Origin: Acidimicrobiales bacterium
Lineage (GTDB): Bacteria; Actinomycetota; Acidimicrobiia; Acidimicrobiales; SHLQ01
Assembly (NCBI GenBank): GCA_020628865.1
Contig: JAHDEJ010000001.1
Coordinates: 234,395-298,394, forward strand
DNA length: 64,000 nt
Direction: 5' to 3'
Shown: positions 7,104 to 17,285 of the stretch, one piece after another
How the letters are laid out: every line of letters begins with the position of its first letter
Position numbering within the stretch: position 1 is the first letter of the stretch
Made by a program: the position numbers and the translations under genes
Notes under the pieces: generated by a model
The model's database searches: none
Told to the model about the DNA's origin: nothing
The model's input: the letters and a program-made list of their open reading frames with translations, nothing else

Positions 7104-9344
7104 CTAGATCTTCTCTAGGGGCGCCCAGCTCAACAACAGGTGCTTTTCGCCGGCGTCGGGGAAACGGACGCGAGCTTCGGCTTTGTCGCCGGAACCGGTG
7201 ATGTCGATGATGACCCCCTCGCCCCATTTGGCGTGGCGGACGTCGTCACCGACCTTCAGCCCGAGCTCGTCGGCGCCCGACGGCTGAGGCCCCTTCACCT
7301 TCATTGCCGCCTCGACCATCGAATCCCGGTTGGCGCTGCGGTGACTTGCGCCGCCTCCCCCGCCCGAACTCCAGCCGCCCGATCCGAAGCTCGACGAGCG
7401 CCGGCGGGCCCGACTGCCTTCGGCATCGACCACGAGGTGCGACGGGATCTCGTCGAGGAAACGGCTCGGCGGGTTGTACTGCGTCTGGCCGTGCAGCATG
7501 CGGCTCCACGCATGCGACAGATGCAGCTTCTCCATCGCCCGGGTGATGCCCACGTAGGCGAGGCGACGCTCCTCCTCGAGCTCTCGTGGCTCACCCAGCG
7601 AGCGCATGTGCGGAAACACACCGTCTTCGAGGCCGATGAGGAACACGATGGGAAACTCGAGTCCCTTTGCGGAGTGCAGGGTCATGAGGATGACCGAGGA
7701 CTCGTCGTCGTCCATCGCGTCGGTGTCCGCAACCAGGCTCACGTTCTCGAGAAACGCGTCGACCGTCTCGAACTCTTCGGCACCGCCGACGAGCTCGCCG
7801 AGGTTCTCCATGCGCCCCTCGGCCTCGATCGACCGCTCCTCTTCCAGCTCGGCCAGATAGCCCGAACGATCGAGCAGGATGCGCAACAGTTCGGCCGGCG
7901 TCTCCTTGTCGAGCAGCTCACTGACCTCGTCGAAGAACACGAGGAAGTCGTCGATGCCCTTCGGAGCCCGGCCGGTGACGCCGGCCTCGTCGTAGTGGCG
8001 AAGCGCATCGATGAATGGCACGCCGTTGGCGTTGGCCCAGGTGTCCAGACGACCCACGGTCGAATCGCCGATGCCCCGCTTCGGCACGTTCAGGATCCGC
8101 TTGAGACTCACTTCGTCCACCGGGTTCGCCACAGCCTTCAGGTACGCAAGCGCGTCCTTGATTTCGCGCCGGTCGTAGAAGCGGGTGCCACCGATGACCT
8201 TGTACGGGATGTTGACCCGCACGAGGTATTCCTCGAGCGCACGGCTCTGCGCGTTGGTCCGGTAGAAGACGGCCATGTCGCCCCAGCGATGCACGCCACC
8301 CTCGTGGATGCGGGCGAGCTCGTGGGTGACCCACTGCGCCTCATCGACCTCGTCGTCGCCGAAGTAGCGGAGGATTCTCTCGCCATCGCCCTGCTCGGTC
8401 CACAGCTCCTTCGGCTTGCGACCCTCGTTGTTCTCGATGACCGCGTTGGCCGCGTCGAGCACGGTCTGTGTGGACCGGTAGTTCTGTTCCAACAGCACGA
8501 CGGTGGCGTCGGGGAAGGTCTTTTCGAACTCGAGGATGTTGCGGATGTCGGCACCGCGGAACCGGTAGATGGACTGGTCACCGTCGCCGACGACGCAAAC
8601 GTTGCGGTGCGCCTCGCCCAACATGGTGACCATGGCGTTCTGGACGGAGTTGGTGTCCTGATACTCGTCGACGAGCACATGCCGGAAGCGGCGCTGGTAG
8701 TGCTCGAGCACATCGGGGTTGCGGCGGAACAGTTCCACCACGTTGAAGAGCAGGTCGTCGAAGTCCATGGCGCCGGCCTTGCGAAGGCGGGCCTGATATT
8801 CGGCGTAGACCTCGGCGATCTTCCGCTCGAAGATCGTCTGTGCCCCCTCGGTGTACTCCTCCACCGTGCGGTAGTCGTTCTTTGCCGCCGAGATCGTGGC
8901 GTGCACGGTGCGCGGTGGGAACTTCTTGGAATCGAGGTTGAGGTCGCGCAGCACATAGCCCGTGAGGCGCACGGCATCGGCCTGGTCGTAGATGGTGAAC
9001 GACGACGGGAACCCGAGACGGTCCCCGTCGCGGCGCAGGATGCGCACACAGGCCGAGTGGAACGTACTGACCCACATCTTCTCGGCGACAGGGCCCACGA
9101 GCGCGCCGACGCGGGTCTTCATCTCTTGCGCGGCCTTGTTGGTGAACGTGATGGCAAGGATCTCGAACGGGGAGACGCCCCGATGCTGGATGAGGTGCGC
9201 AATGCGGTGCGTGAGCACCCGGGTCTTGCCCGATCCGGCACCGGCGATGATCAGCAGCGGGCCGTCATCATGGAGTACCGCATCCTCCTGTGCAGGATTC
9301 AACCCCGCCGTGAGTTCGGATCCGACCATCTCGTCCGTGGACAT
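7104..9344 (-). CDS. pcrA: ATP-dependent DNA helicase PcrA/UvrD family
   Basis: Walker A AGAGSGKT, VDEYQDTN, the helicase motifs of SF1 UvrD/PcrA, and a C-terminal GDDVRHAKWGEGVI domain. Confidence 0.92.
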   Translation of the reverse strand: MSTDEMVGSELTAGLNPAQEDAVLHDDGPLLIIAGAGSGKTRVLTHRIAHLIQHRGVSPFEILAITFTNKAAQEMKTRVGALVGPVAEKMWVSTFHSACVRILRRDGDRLGFPSSFTIYDQADAVRLTGYVLRDLNLDSKKFPPRTVHATISAAKNDYRTVEEYTEGAQTIFERKIAEVYAEYQARLRKAGAMDFDDLLFNVVELFRRNPDVLEHYQRRFRHVLVDEYQDTNSVQNAMVTMLGEAHRNVCVVGDGDQSIYRFRGADIRNILEFEKTFPDATVVLLEQNYRSTQTVLDAANAVIENNEGRKPKELWTEQGDGERILRYFGDDEVDEAQWVTHELARIHEGGVHRWGDMAVFYRTNAQSRALEEYLVRVNIPYKVIGGTRFYDRREIKDALAYLKAVANPVDEVSLKRILNVPKRGIGDSTVGRLDTWANANGVPFIDALRHYDEAGVTGRAPKGIDDFLVFFDEVSELLDKETPAELLRILLDRSGYLAELEEERSIEAEGRMENLGELVGGAEEFETVDAFLENVSLVADTDAMDDDESSVILMTLHSAKGLEFPIVFLIGLEDGVFPHMRSLGEPRELEEERRLAYVGITRAMEKLHLSHAWSRMLHGQTQYNPPSRFLDEIPSHLVVDAEGSRARRRSSSFGSGGWSSGGGGGASHRSANRDSMVEAAMKVKGPQPSGADELGLKVGDDVRHAKWGEGVIIDITGSGDKAEARVRFPDAGEKHLLLSWAPLEKI

Positions 9345-9437
9345 GCGCCCACCATACAGGTGTTCGCCCCACCCAGAAGCCGGTTTCGACGCTCAGTTTC
9401 GGTCTGCCGGCGCGGGCAGGCTGGGCCTCACCGACGG

Positions 9438-10388
9438 TCAGCCCTTCCGACCCCACCACGCCGTCGGTTCTTCAAGCGATTCGGCTCCGGCTGCCGGATG
9501 GTCGGCCGGGTCGACATCCATGAGGTCGACCTCGCACGAGTGACCGGCGCACGCATCGTTGCCGGGACCGCCGCGCGTGAGATCGGCCGGATCTCCGCCG
9601 ATGGCATCGTCACCGCCGCCACCCCGAAGGACGATTCGATCGCCGTCGTCCAAGTTGATCGCGAGGTTGGTGATGAGGTCGGGACCAGTTCCACCGAGAA
9701 TCGTCACCGCACGACCGCGATTGACCAGCAGATCGGATCCGGGACCGCCGTAAACGCGCGCCGAGCCATTGGTTGAGAAGTTCGTGATGAAGTCGCCTCC
9801 GGGTCCGCCGCGCACCACCGAGTCCGCTCCGTAGTAGATGTTGATCACGTCGTTGCCCAGGCCGCCGCGGACGACCACGTTGTCGTCGTTGACCTCGATG
9901 TAGTCATCCCCGGGGCCGCCATGGATGCGTCCGCCGCTGTTCAGAACCCGGCTGACGAAGTCATCTCCTGGTCCGAGATAGATCGCGCCTCCACCGGAGC
10001 CGACGACCATGTCGTCGCCGGCGAGACCGCAGACGATGTCGCCCTCATCCAACCCAACGAAGACGTCGTCGTGAGGCGTACCGATGATCACATCCGGTTC
10101 ACCCCAACGACCCGAGATCAGATGGCCGGGAGTTCCGGTTGGGTACTCGAAGTCCTCGATGTCAAGGTGCGTGTTCCCCAGGAACTCGTGATACCAAAGC
10201 TTGCGTCCTTCGGGTGTCAGGTCGCGGAACGGCACCTCATCGTCGAAGTCAATGTCGAGAACGGCCGTTCCGGTCTCGACGTGGCCCTTGCAGGTCCGTG
10301 CCGCATCCTGGGCGCCGCCGGGTTGGGCGAAGCCGGCCGTTACCGTCGCCGCCACGAGCAGTCCGAGAAGACTCTTGCGTACGTTCAT
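9438..10388 (-). CDS. Secreted calcium-binding RTX-type (GGxGxD) repeat protein
   Basis: Signal peptide MNVRKSLLGLLVAATVTAGFAQPGGAQ. Repeats GGPGDDYI, GGLGNDVI, GGPGGDFI, GGPGSDLL, GGTGPDLI, GGGGDDAI and GGPGNDAC. Confidence 0.75.
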   Translation of the reverse strand: MNVRKSLLGLLVAATVTAGFAQPGGAQDAARTCKGHVETGTAVLDIDFDDEVPFRDLTPEGRKLWYHEFLGNTHLDIEDFEYPTGTPGHLISGRWGEPDVIIGTPHDDVFVGLDEGDIVCGLAGDDMVVGSGGGAIYLGPGDDFVSRVLNSGGRIHGGPGDDYIEVNDDNVVVRGGLGNDVINIYYGADSVVRGGPGGDFITNFSTNGSARVYGGPGSDLLVNRGRAVTILGGTGPDLITNLAINLDDGDRIVLRGGGGDDAIGGDPADLTRGGPGNDACAGHSCEVDLMDVDPADHPAAGAESLEEPTAWWGRKG

Positions 10389-10446
10389 TTTCCGCTCCCT
10401 GGTGAAGGACCACGCCTTCGATCTCCGCCGGAGGAGTTCTCGGACA

Positions 10447-10478
10447 CCGGGAGGGCGGGCTTGAGCTCGCCCTCCCGG
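10447..10478 (-). terminator. Perfect 11-bp GC-rich hairpin downstream of the metalloprotease gene
   Basis: ccgggagggcg / cgccctcccgg with a 10-nt loop, located 19 nt after the stop at 10497. There is no U-tract, which is common in high-GC actinobacteria. Confidence 0.35.
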
Positions 10479-10496
10479 CGTCGCTCGGCTTCACAG

Positions 10497-13241
10497 TCAG
10501 CAGTCGAACCGGCTGACCGAGGTGCCAAGCGGCGACGCATCCAGACTCGCCACACACACCGTCACCGATGGCTTCTTGGCCGTCCCCACCGACGTCAGTT
10601 CGACGCGGCCGAACGCATCGGTCACGCCGGTCATCGTCTCCTCGATCGAGCCGCTTACCTGAATCGAAACCGTTGCCCCGGCCACGGGAAGTCCGGTGTC
10701 GTCGATCACCACGGCCTCGACCACCACCCGACTCGTGCCGCGGCGAGCCGACGCCGTCGACGTGGTGAGCTCGTCGACCGATGCACTCGTGGCCGGCGGA
10801 GCCGTCGTGAACCCGAACACGTCGCTGAACGACGACCCGAGCGAGTTGATCGCTTCGACCTGCCAGCGATACGTGGCCCCGGGATCCAACCCGCTGATCG
10901 TGACAGCGTTCTGGACCGTTTCGATCGGGCCGACCGGATTGTCGCCGGCGAACGTCACCCGGTAGCGAGCCGCACCATCGGCGGGCGCCCATGCGAGCGT
11001 CAGTGCCGTCGGTAGGCCGGTTGCGCCATCCGCGGGCGACGGCGCCGTGACCCGGTCGGGAACGTCGGTCGGCGGGCCACCTCCGTCGAGTTTCAGAAGG
11101 TCGACTGCGAGCCGGTCGGCCGACGTGTTTCCGGCGGTCCGGTTCGTGTCGGTCACTCGCACATGAACCCGAGCAGGCGACTGACCGAGATCGGCCGACA
11201 GTGAGCCCTGGCTCGACGTGAGCACGCCGAGCACGGTCCACGGACCGTCGGGCGACGAGCTCCACGAGACCACGAATCCCTCGTCGGCATCAGTCCCCGG
11301 CGTCACGGATGCATTCATGACGAGCACGTGATTGCCGCCCGTGGCCACGAGTTCCCACCGGTGATCGACCTGGTCGTAGCGCCGCGATGGCCGACCACCC
11401 GAGGTGGCCTCCTGCAACGTCTGCACGACTCCATCGGCCGTTGCGGTGGCAGCAAACGTTCCGCTCACGGTTCCGACGACCGCGCGCTCACCGACCGCCA
11501 CGTCCGGTGTGATCGGCGCCTCCGGCGTGGTGACGGTGACCACCGCCGACGGGTCGGACGCATTGCTGGTCGCGTCGACCGCGAACAGGCGATATCGATA
11601 CTCCGACGCAGGTGCCACCGTTGCGTCGGTGTAGCGGGTGACGGCCGCGCCGACCGTCGCCACGTCGACCCACTCGCCTCCACCAACGCTCCGTTCGATG
11701 CGGTACGACGCCAGGTCGGCTTCAGCATTCGCCCGCCAGACCAGGTCGACGAACGCGGCGCCGACGTTCTCCACATCGAAACCGACCGGAGGCTGGGGCG
11801 GTTCGACGTCCGGAGGACCATCCGTCACCACGATGTCGATCTCGTAGTTGCCGAGCGATCCGTCGTCGGTCCAGCCCGACGGGCTGGACGCCAGCGGCGT
11901 TCCCCAGCCGACACCGTCGACCAGCAGCAGGTAGCTGCCGGCGGCGAGGTCCGGGCGATCGATCGAGGCCGTCAGCGTCGCCGGATCGTCGGCGACCTCG
12001 ATCACCGTGCCGTCGAGCAGCGACAGCGTCAACGACGGATCGAGGTTCGGGTTCGACGGATGGGTGGTCACGACGGCGCGCACACCGCCCGTCGTGTGCA
12101 CCAGGAAGGCGTCGATGTCGCTGCTCGTCGAGATCGTGCCGGGGACACGGGCGGTCCCCGTGGTCGTCGCAGTGGCGGCGCCATCGCCGTGGTCGTCGTC
12201 GATCCAGCCGAATCCGTTGCCGTTCGAGAGCGACCCGATCACGGCAAGGTCGTTCTCGCCGTTGCCGTAATTGGCGTCGGCTCCGATGTTGTTCGCGTTG
12301 TGGTAGGCGCCGGCGGACCATTGCGTCACCGTCCGGTTGTACGCCGCTCCCATGATCGGCCCCCAGGACTGCTCGCCCGAGCCATGCCCGCGGTAGTAGG
12401 TGGACACGTCCTGTTGGCCGTCGTGCGAGAGGAGGAGCGCATGCCCCACCTCGTGACTGATGGCTTCGATGACACCGGTCCGGCTGGTGTTGAAGACGAA
12501 GACCGGTTCATCGGTCCGATCGTCGAAGCTGCCGATGTAGGCGATTCCGCCACAGCCACAGGAGAGATCGGTGTCCCTCGTGATGACGACGCGGGTACCC
12601 CACCGGGCGTCGCCGGAGCCGTCGAAGCGGAGGTCCCCGGCTGCAGGTTCGATCGTGGTCACGTTCACGTCGAAGGGAGCAAAGTCTTCGGCGACCGCCT
12701 CGAACGATGCCCGGATCACGTCGAGCTCGGCCGCACTCCACGTGTCGGGATCACCGCTCGCGTCGTAGGCGGGCGAGACGATCATCGGCACCGACCCGTT
12801 CCAACTCGTTCCCTCGGTCACGTGGCCATCGAAGTCGAGATAGATCGTGTGGTCAGCCCCAGGTCGGCTCTCCAGCTGGAAGACGGGGTCGTCGGTCGGA
12901 GGTGCAGACGCCGGTACCGCGGACAGTGCCCCTGCCGTCTCTCCGGGCACTGCGGGTTCGACATAGAGGAGTTCTGCGTTGCCGTCGGCGTACAGCGTGG
13001 CGTCGGTCATGAACATCTGCCGCAGCGTCGCCGCGGTCAGGCCATTGGCCCGGGCTGCGTCCGGCAGGCGATCGCCGAGCCGGGCGATGGCTGCGTTGCC
13101 ATTGGCCCAGTCGGGTCGACCACGATCGTCGGGACCACCCTGTGCCCCCACCGACCCCGTCGTCGCGACGGTGATGCCGATGACCGTCAGGCTGGCGAGC
13201 AGCCAGCCAAACGAGCGAACACGACGAGGGCTTTTGTCCAT
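10497..13241 (-). CDS. Secreted metzincin-like zinc metalloprotease with pre-peptidase and fibronectin type III-like domains
   Basis: Signal/TM region FGWLLASLTVIGITVATTGSVGAQG and zinc motif HEVGHALLLSHD (HExxHxxxxxHD). The C-terminal half has repeated FN3-like segments (YRIERS..., YRWQVEA...). Confidence 0.7.
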   Translation of the reverse strand: MDKSPRRVRSFGWLLASLTVIGITVATTGSVGAQGGPDDRGRPDWANGNAAIARLGDRLPDAARANGLTAATLRQMFMTDATLYADGNAELLYVEPAVPGETAGALSAVPASAPPTDDPVFQLESRPGADHTIYLDFDGHVTEGTSWNGSVPMIVSPAYDASGDPDTWSAAELDVIRASFEAVAEDFAPFDVNVTTIEPAAGDLRFDGSGDARWGTRVVITRDTDLSCGCGGIAYIGSFDDRTDEPVFVFNTSRTGVIEAISHEVGHALLLSHDGQQDVSTYYRGHGSGEQSWGPIMGAAYNRTVTQWSAGAYHNANNIGADANYGNGENDLAVIGSLSNGNGFGWIDDDHGDGAATATTTGTARVPGTISTSSDIDAFLVHTTGGVRAVVTTHPSNPNLDPSLTLSLLDGTVIEVADDPATLTASIDRPDLAAGSYLLLVDGVGWGTPLASSPSGWTDDGSLGNYEIDIVVTDGPPDVEPPQPPVGFDVENVGAAFVDLVWRANAEADLASYRIERSVGGGEWVDVATVGAAVTRYTDATVAPASEYRYRLFAVDATSNASDPSAVVTVTTPEAPITPDVAVGERAVVGTVSGTFAATATADGVVQTLQEATSGGRPSRRYDQVDHRWELVATGGNHVLVMNASVTPGTDADEGFVVSWSSSPDGPWTVLGVLTSSQGSLSADLGQSPARVHVRVTDTNRTAGNTSADRLAVDLLKLDGGGPPTDVPDRVTAPSPADGATGLPTALTLAWAPADGAARYRVTFAGDNPVGPIETVQNAVTISGLDPGATYRWQVEAINSLGSSFSDVFGFTTAPPATSASVDELTTSTASARRGTSRVVVEAVVIDDTGLPVAGATVSIQVSGSIEETMTGVTDAFGRVELTSVGTAKKPSVTVCVASLDASPLGTSVSRFDC

Positions 13242-13352
13242 CGAGGACCTCCAGGCGGGAGTGGCGGAACCGGGGTCTTCGACGCGCGTGGCAAAATTCT
13301 TGAGTCACCCGGCCCAGTCGGATGGGCCGGACGGTTCAGATCGGTGTGCCGC

Positions 13353-14747
13353 CTACCGGCTGGCGCGGATCCAGGTGAGTTCGCCGTCCACGTTGGCGAG
13401 CAGCACGGCGGCGTCGCCACCGGCCACGAGCAGCTGCACCCGGTCTGGGGCGGCGACGTCGATCGGGGTCGACGCCCAGCTGTCGCCATCGCTCAGGGTG
13501 AGCGTGTTCGTGCCCAACGCCGAGTTGCCGAGAAAGCTGACCGTGCCGGCACCGGTGGACACCGAGCCGATGGTTCCGGCTTCGAGTTCGCTGCGCTGCC
13601 ACGACTGTCCGCCGTCGGCCGACATCGCCGTCCAGGTCGTTTCGCCATCATCGCCGGCGAGAAGGATGGAGCCGTCGAGCACCGAGAAGCTTGCGACCGA
13701 ATCGTTCTCGAACCCACTCATAAGCGACGACGTCCAGCCGGTGCCGTCGGTCGAGTCGAACAGCGTCGGACCCTCCGGCGTGGTGCCGACGGCGACGAAA
13801 CCGGCATCGATTGCGACCACGCCCGCGAGCGTTCCGGCGCCAACCGGGTCGCCCAGCTCGTACGGGCCACCAACCGGGCCGACCCAGACACGGGGCTCCG
13901 GGGCGACGCCGACGACGAGCACGCCGGCCGGACCGACGGCGAGGTCGGTGGCGATGGCGTCCTGCCCCGGCAGTGCCGGTGCCAACGACCAGTTCTCCAG
14001 GTCGGTCGACACGCCGACGAAGGTGTTGTTGCGTTGTGCGTCCACGTCGAACTGGGAGAACAGTGCGACGAACGTCCCTGCGTGGGATCGAAGTGCTGTT
14101 GCGGTGGCGCCAGCGGGAACGCCCTCGAGGTCCACTTCGGTCCAATTCAACCCGTCCGTCGAGGACAGGCCGATGGCCGAGACCCCGGCGGCGCCGCCGA
14201 AGCGGCTGGCCAGACCCACGAAGCCGTCATCGGACGAGACGAGCAGTACGCCGGAGCCGCCGGCGAAGTCGACGGCGGATGCCTGCGTTTCGACCGAGAT
14301 GCCGCCCGCATCGGCCTGCAGCGGCGCATTCTCGATCGTCTCTTCGACCGGTGCCGACACCAGTGGGGCATCGTCGGCGGCCTCGTCGACCGCTACCTGG
14401 GCGTCCTCGGCGGGGACCGCGGCCGGCTCGACTGCGGCGGCAGCGTCCTCGGCAGGTGCGGCGGCCGGGTCGGCCGTTTGCTCCGATGTCTCGTCGGCGG
14501 CCTCGTCGGGCGCGGCGACGACCACGTCGCTCGTGTCCCCGTCGGGCAGGGCGGCGATCAACCCGCCACCGGCAATGGCGACCACGCCCACCACCGCGGC
14601 CGCAGTGCCGGCGATCTTGTTGCGACGCCGCCGGCCGGACACCACCGCGGCGAGCTCATCCACGCCAGGGCGCTCAACGACGGACCCCGGCGCAGCATGT
14701 TGCAGCCCGGAGCGCAGTCGGTTCTCGAGGTTCGGTTCGTTAGTCAT
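13353..14747 (-). CDS. Single-pass membrane protein with Asp-box (BNR) beta-propeller ectodomain; putative anti-sigma/sensor partner of the upstream ECF sigma
   Basis: ATG at 14747 overlaps the sigma-factor stop (ATGA). Short cytoplasmic N-terminus MTNEPNLENRLR, TM helix AAAVVGVVAIAGGGLIAAL and an acidic linker. Asp-boxes STDGLNW, STDGTGW and SADGGQSW. The longer 576-aa track ORF overlaps the sigma gene out of frame. Confidence 0.6.
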   Translation of the reverse strand: MTNEPNLENRLRSGLQHAAPGSVVERPGVDELAAVVSGRRRRNKIAGTAAAVVGVVAIAGGGLIAALPDGDTSDVVVAAPDEAADETSEQTADPAAAPAEDAAAAVEPAAVPAEDAQVAVDEAADDAPLVSAPVEETIENAPLQADAGGISVETQASAVDFAGGSGVLLVSSDDGFVGLASRFGGAAGVSAIGLSSTDGLNWTEVDLEGVPAGATATALRSHAGTFVALFSQFDVDAQRNNTFVGVSTDLENWSLAPALPGQDAIATDLAVGPAGVLVVGVAPEPRVWVGPVGGPYELGDPVGAGTLAGVVAIDAGFVAVGTTPEGPTLFDSTDGTGWTSSLMSGFENDSVASFSVLDGSILLAGDDGETTWTAMSADGGQSWQRSELEAGTIGSVSTGAGTVSFLGNSALGTNTLTLSDGDSWASTPIDVAAPDRVQLLVAGGDAAVLLANVDGELTWIRASR

Positions 14748-15298
14748 CGTGACCCTCCGAGGAGTCGGTTCAGTTCGTTGAGTGCCCGGCTCGTGCGGCT
14801 CTTGACCGTGCCGGGCGAAACGTCGAGTACGTCGGCCGTCGCTTCGACGGACCAGTCGAGGTAGTACCGGAGTACGAGCACGTTTCGTTGGTCGTCCGGC
14901 AGGCGGCGCAGCGCATCGGCAAGGGCCGGGTCCGGGAGTCGATCGTCCACGAGGGTGGCGGTGCCGACCTTGTGCGCGTACCGACGGTCTCGACTCCGCC
15001 GCCGAAAGCGTGACATCGCATGGTTGCGAGCGGTCCGGTACACCCACGCCTGCGGGTTCGGGAACGTACCGACGAGATGCCAACGATGGAGCGCCCGGGT
15101 GAACGCCTCATCGACGGATTCCGCCGCAAGACCTTCGTCGTTCAACGCCAACGACAGCGCTCGGACCAACTCGTCGCGGTGCTGGCGATACACGGACTCG
15201 AAGGATGTCGTCATTCCGCGCACGCCCACTCGGGCGCGACCGGACGATGCCGTGCCGGGGACATCGGGGTCCCGAAGATCGAGCGTTGCTGCCTCCAC
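14744..15298 (-). CDS. ECF-type RNA polymerase sigma factor (sigma-70 family)
   Basis: Region 2 is FESVYRQHRDELVRALSLAL...WVYRTARNHAMSRFRR. Region 4 is LPDDQRNVLVLRYYLDWSVEATADVLDVSPGTVKSRTSRA. Alternative start at ATG 15214. Confidence 0.85.
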   Translation of the reverse strand: MEAATLDLRDPDVPGTASSGRARVGVRGMTTSFESVYRQHRDELVRALSLALNDEGLAAESVDEAFTRALHRWHLVGTFPNPQAWVYRTARNHAMSRFRRRSRDRRYAHKVGTATLVDDRLPDPALADALRRLPDDQRNVLVLRYYLDWSVEATADVLDVSPGTVKSRTSRALNELNRLLGGSR

Positions 15299-15365
15299 GC
15301 CCTTCCTACGCCCATCACAGGCGAAAGGTTCCCAGAAATTTCGGGAGGCCGTCCAGAGGGGGAGG

Positions 15366-17285
15366 TCAGGCGACCGGAATCCGGATCAACTGGCTGCTTG
15401 ATTGCTGCTCCTGCTGCCACGCCTCGATCGCCGCCAACTGCTCGGCCGTCGGCTCGTCGACCTCCTCCAGCATCATCAGTTCTTCCGGCGGCATGGCGAC
15501 CCGGTCGACACGAACGAGCACCTCGTCGTCGCCAACCGCTTCGAGCGTCACAAAACTGTCGAAGGCCAGTTCGGGGAGACCCTCGAGTTCGACCCACTGC
15601 CCATCACCGGTGGTGAACAGCACGGTCACGGACTGCGGTCCCACCGGCATGTCGGTCTCTTCGTCGAGGAACGAGAGATCGATGCCCATCGCGGCGACGA
15701 ACTCTTCTTGCGTGAGCGTGAAGAGGTCGGCGCCCGTCTCCGGATCGAGAATGGTCAGACGCTCGTCGTCCGGGCCCTCGAAGCGAGCGACACCGTCCAT
15801 GTCCTGCCCGTCGCCGATGATCGACGAACCATCGGGCAGGTCATGGATGATCTCACCGTCGGGGCCAGTGACGACGAACGGCCCGGACTCGAGGCCCGTG
15901 ACCAGCGTGTAGCCGTCGACGGTGACCGTGACGGATTCCGGGATCTCGTCGTCCGAGGGAAACCCGGAGTTCGGCACGCCTGTGGCGAGCACGGCGGCGC
16001 CCGCCGGCCCGCTCGACACGCCGGTGATCCAACCGAGGCGGTAGTCGTCGCCGAGCGGCACGTCCGCGTCGAGGCCGACGTCTTCGGCGCCAATCGATCG
16101 TGCGGCGAACACGCCGTCGACCACTCCGACCGCGAAGACCGAGTCGTCTCGACGGACGAGCTGGTTGAATGAACCGTCGAGGAGTTCCGGGTTGCCCCAG
16201 GAGGCGCCATCGGTTGACGTCCAAACGGATGGGCCGCCATCACCAGCGTCGAGAAGAACGAAGCCGGCCCCTGTCGAAGAAACGAATGGACTCGAGAAGC
16301 CGGCGCTGTCGATGGTCTGCAGCGAGAACTCGCCACCAGCCGAGCCAGTCCACACGGCAATGGCGCCATCGGACTCGCCGGGAGACTCCGCTGCTGCCAA
16401 CAACTCGGCGTGGCCCGGGACCCCGGGTTCGATGGTGACCAGAGGCGTGGCGCCCGCACAATCGAGGATCTCGATCGGGTCATTGGGCCCGTCCCAGTAG
16501 ACGCCGCAGCTCTGTTCAAGCGCATCCATGTCGAGGAGGCCGAGCTCCACCGCCGCCAGTGCCGGATCGACGAAGGCGGGAAAGGAACCACCCGCCACGA
16601 CAACGACCGATCCGTCGATGGCGATGCTCTGCGAGAAGACGTCCTGTTCACCGTCATCGGGCAACGAAGCCACGGTCCACTCGAGAAGGTCGGCCGAGGT
16701 GGCCACCGACGTCGTTCCTCGGGCCGGCCCGTCGGCAACGAACAGCACGGCGAACGTCCCGGCGTCGTGGACGATCGGACTCATGAAGCTGACCGCCCCG
16801 TCCGGGAAGCCGGAGGTCGGAGATTCGGAGAAGGACAGACCATCGGTCGAGCGGAGTGCCATCACGCCAGACACACCAACGTGCAGGCCGGCGAACCCAT
16901 CATCAACGCCAACCAGGGTCGGACGGTTGAAACCGGCCGTGATCGAGGCTTCCAATGTGGACGCCAGGTCGAGCTCCCCGTCTCCCTCGGGCGCCTCCTT
17001 GCTCGATGCCGACGCTTCGTCGCCATCGTTGCCGGCCTCCTCGACGGGAACTTCCGCGACGGCCGCCTCTTCAGCGTCCGCCAGATTCACAACCGATGGC
17101 TCGTTCGTCAACGCGGAGACACCGAGCAGCGCTCCCACACCAACCATCGTGGCTGCCGCAATTGTGGCGACCCGGTTGCGGGTCGTGCGTCGGTGAGCGG
17201 CTCGGACGATCGACACGGGATCGGGAGCGAGCTCGTCCGTTTCGGTCGACTGGAAGTGTTGTCGGAGACGGTCTTCGAGGTTCAC
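15366..17285 (-). CDS. Paralogous single-pass membrane protein with Asp-box beta-propeller ectodomain (putative anti-sigma/sensor)
   Basis: The GTG start overlaps the upstream sigma stop (GTGA). N-terminus MNLEDRLRQHF, TM helix IAAATMVGVGALLGVSAL. Asp-box-like STDGLSF and STDGASW. Same architecture as 13353..14747. Confidence 0.6.
   Translation of the reverse strand: MNLEDRLRQHFQSTETDELAPDPVSIVRAAHRRTTRNRVATIAAATMVGVGALLGVSALTNEPSVVNLADAEEAAVAEVPVEEAGNDGDEASASSKEAPEGDGELDLASTLEASITAGFNRPTLVGVDDGFAGLHVGVSGVMALRSTDGLSFSESPTSGFPDGAVSFMSPIVHDAGTFAVLFVADGPARGTTSVATSADLLEWTVASLPDDGEQDVFSQSIAIDGSVVVVAGGSFPAFVDPALAAVELGLLDMDALEQSCGVYWDGPNDPIEILDCAGATPLVTIEPGVPGHAELLAAAESPGESDGAIAVWTGSAGGEFSLQTIDSAGFSSPFVSSTGAGFVLLDAGDGGPSVWTSTDGASWGNPELLDGSFNQLVRRDDSVFAVGVVDGVFAARSIGAEDVGLDADVPLGDDYRLGWITGVSSGPAGAAVLATGVPNSGFPSDDEIPESVTVTVDGYTLVTGLESGPFVVTGPDGEIIHDLPDGSSIIGDGQDMDGVARFEGPDDERLTILDPETGADLFTLTQEEFVAAMGIDLSFLDEETDMPVGPQSVTVLFTTGDGQWVELEGLPELAFDSFVTLEAVGDDEVLVRVDRVAMPPEELMMLEEVDEPTAEQLAAIEAWQQEQQSSSQLIRIPVA

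Noticed and set aside
7021-7227. 68-aa minus-strand ORF overlapping the pcrA 3' end
   Set aside because: Most of it lies inside pcrA in another frame, its N-terminal part is His/Arg-rich and non-protein-like, and it has no RBS.
7140-9776. 878-aa plus-strand ORF
   Set aside because: It is antisense to pcrA and to the RTX gene, and it is low-complexity with no domain signature.
11328-14864. 1178-aa plus-strand ORF
   Set aside because: It is antisense to the metalloprotease and the Asp-box protein genes, and its composition is typical of a GC-rich shadow frame.
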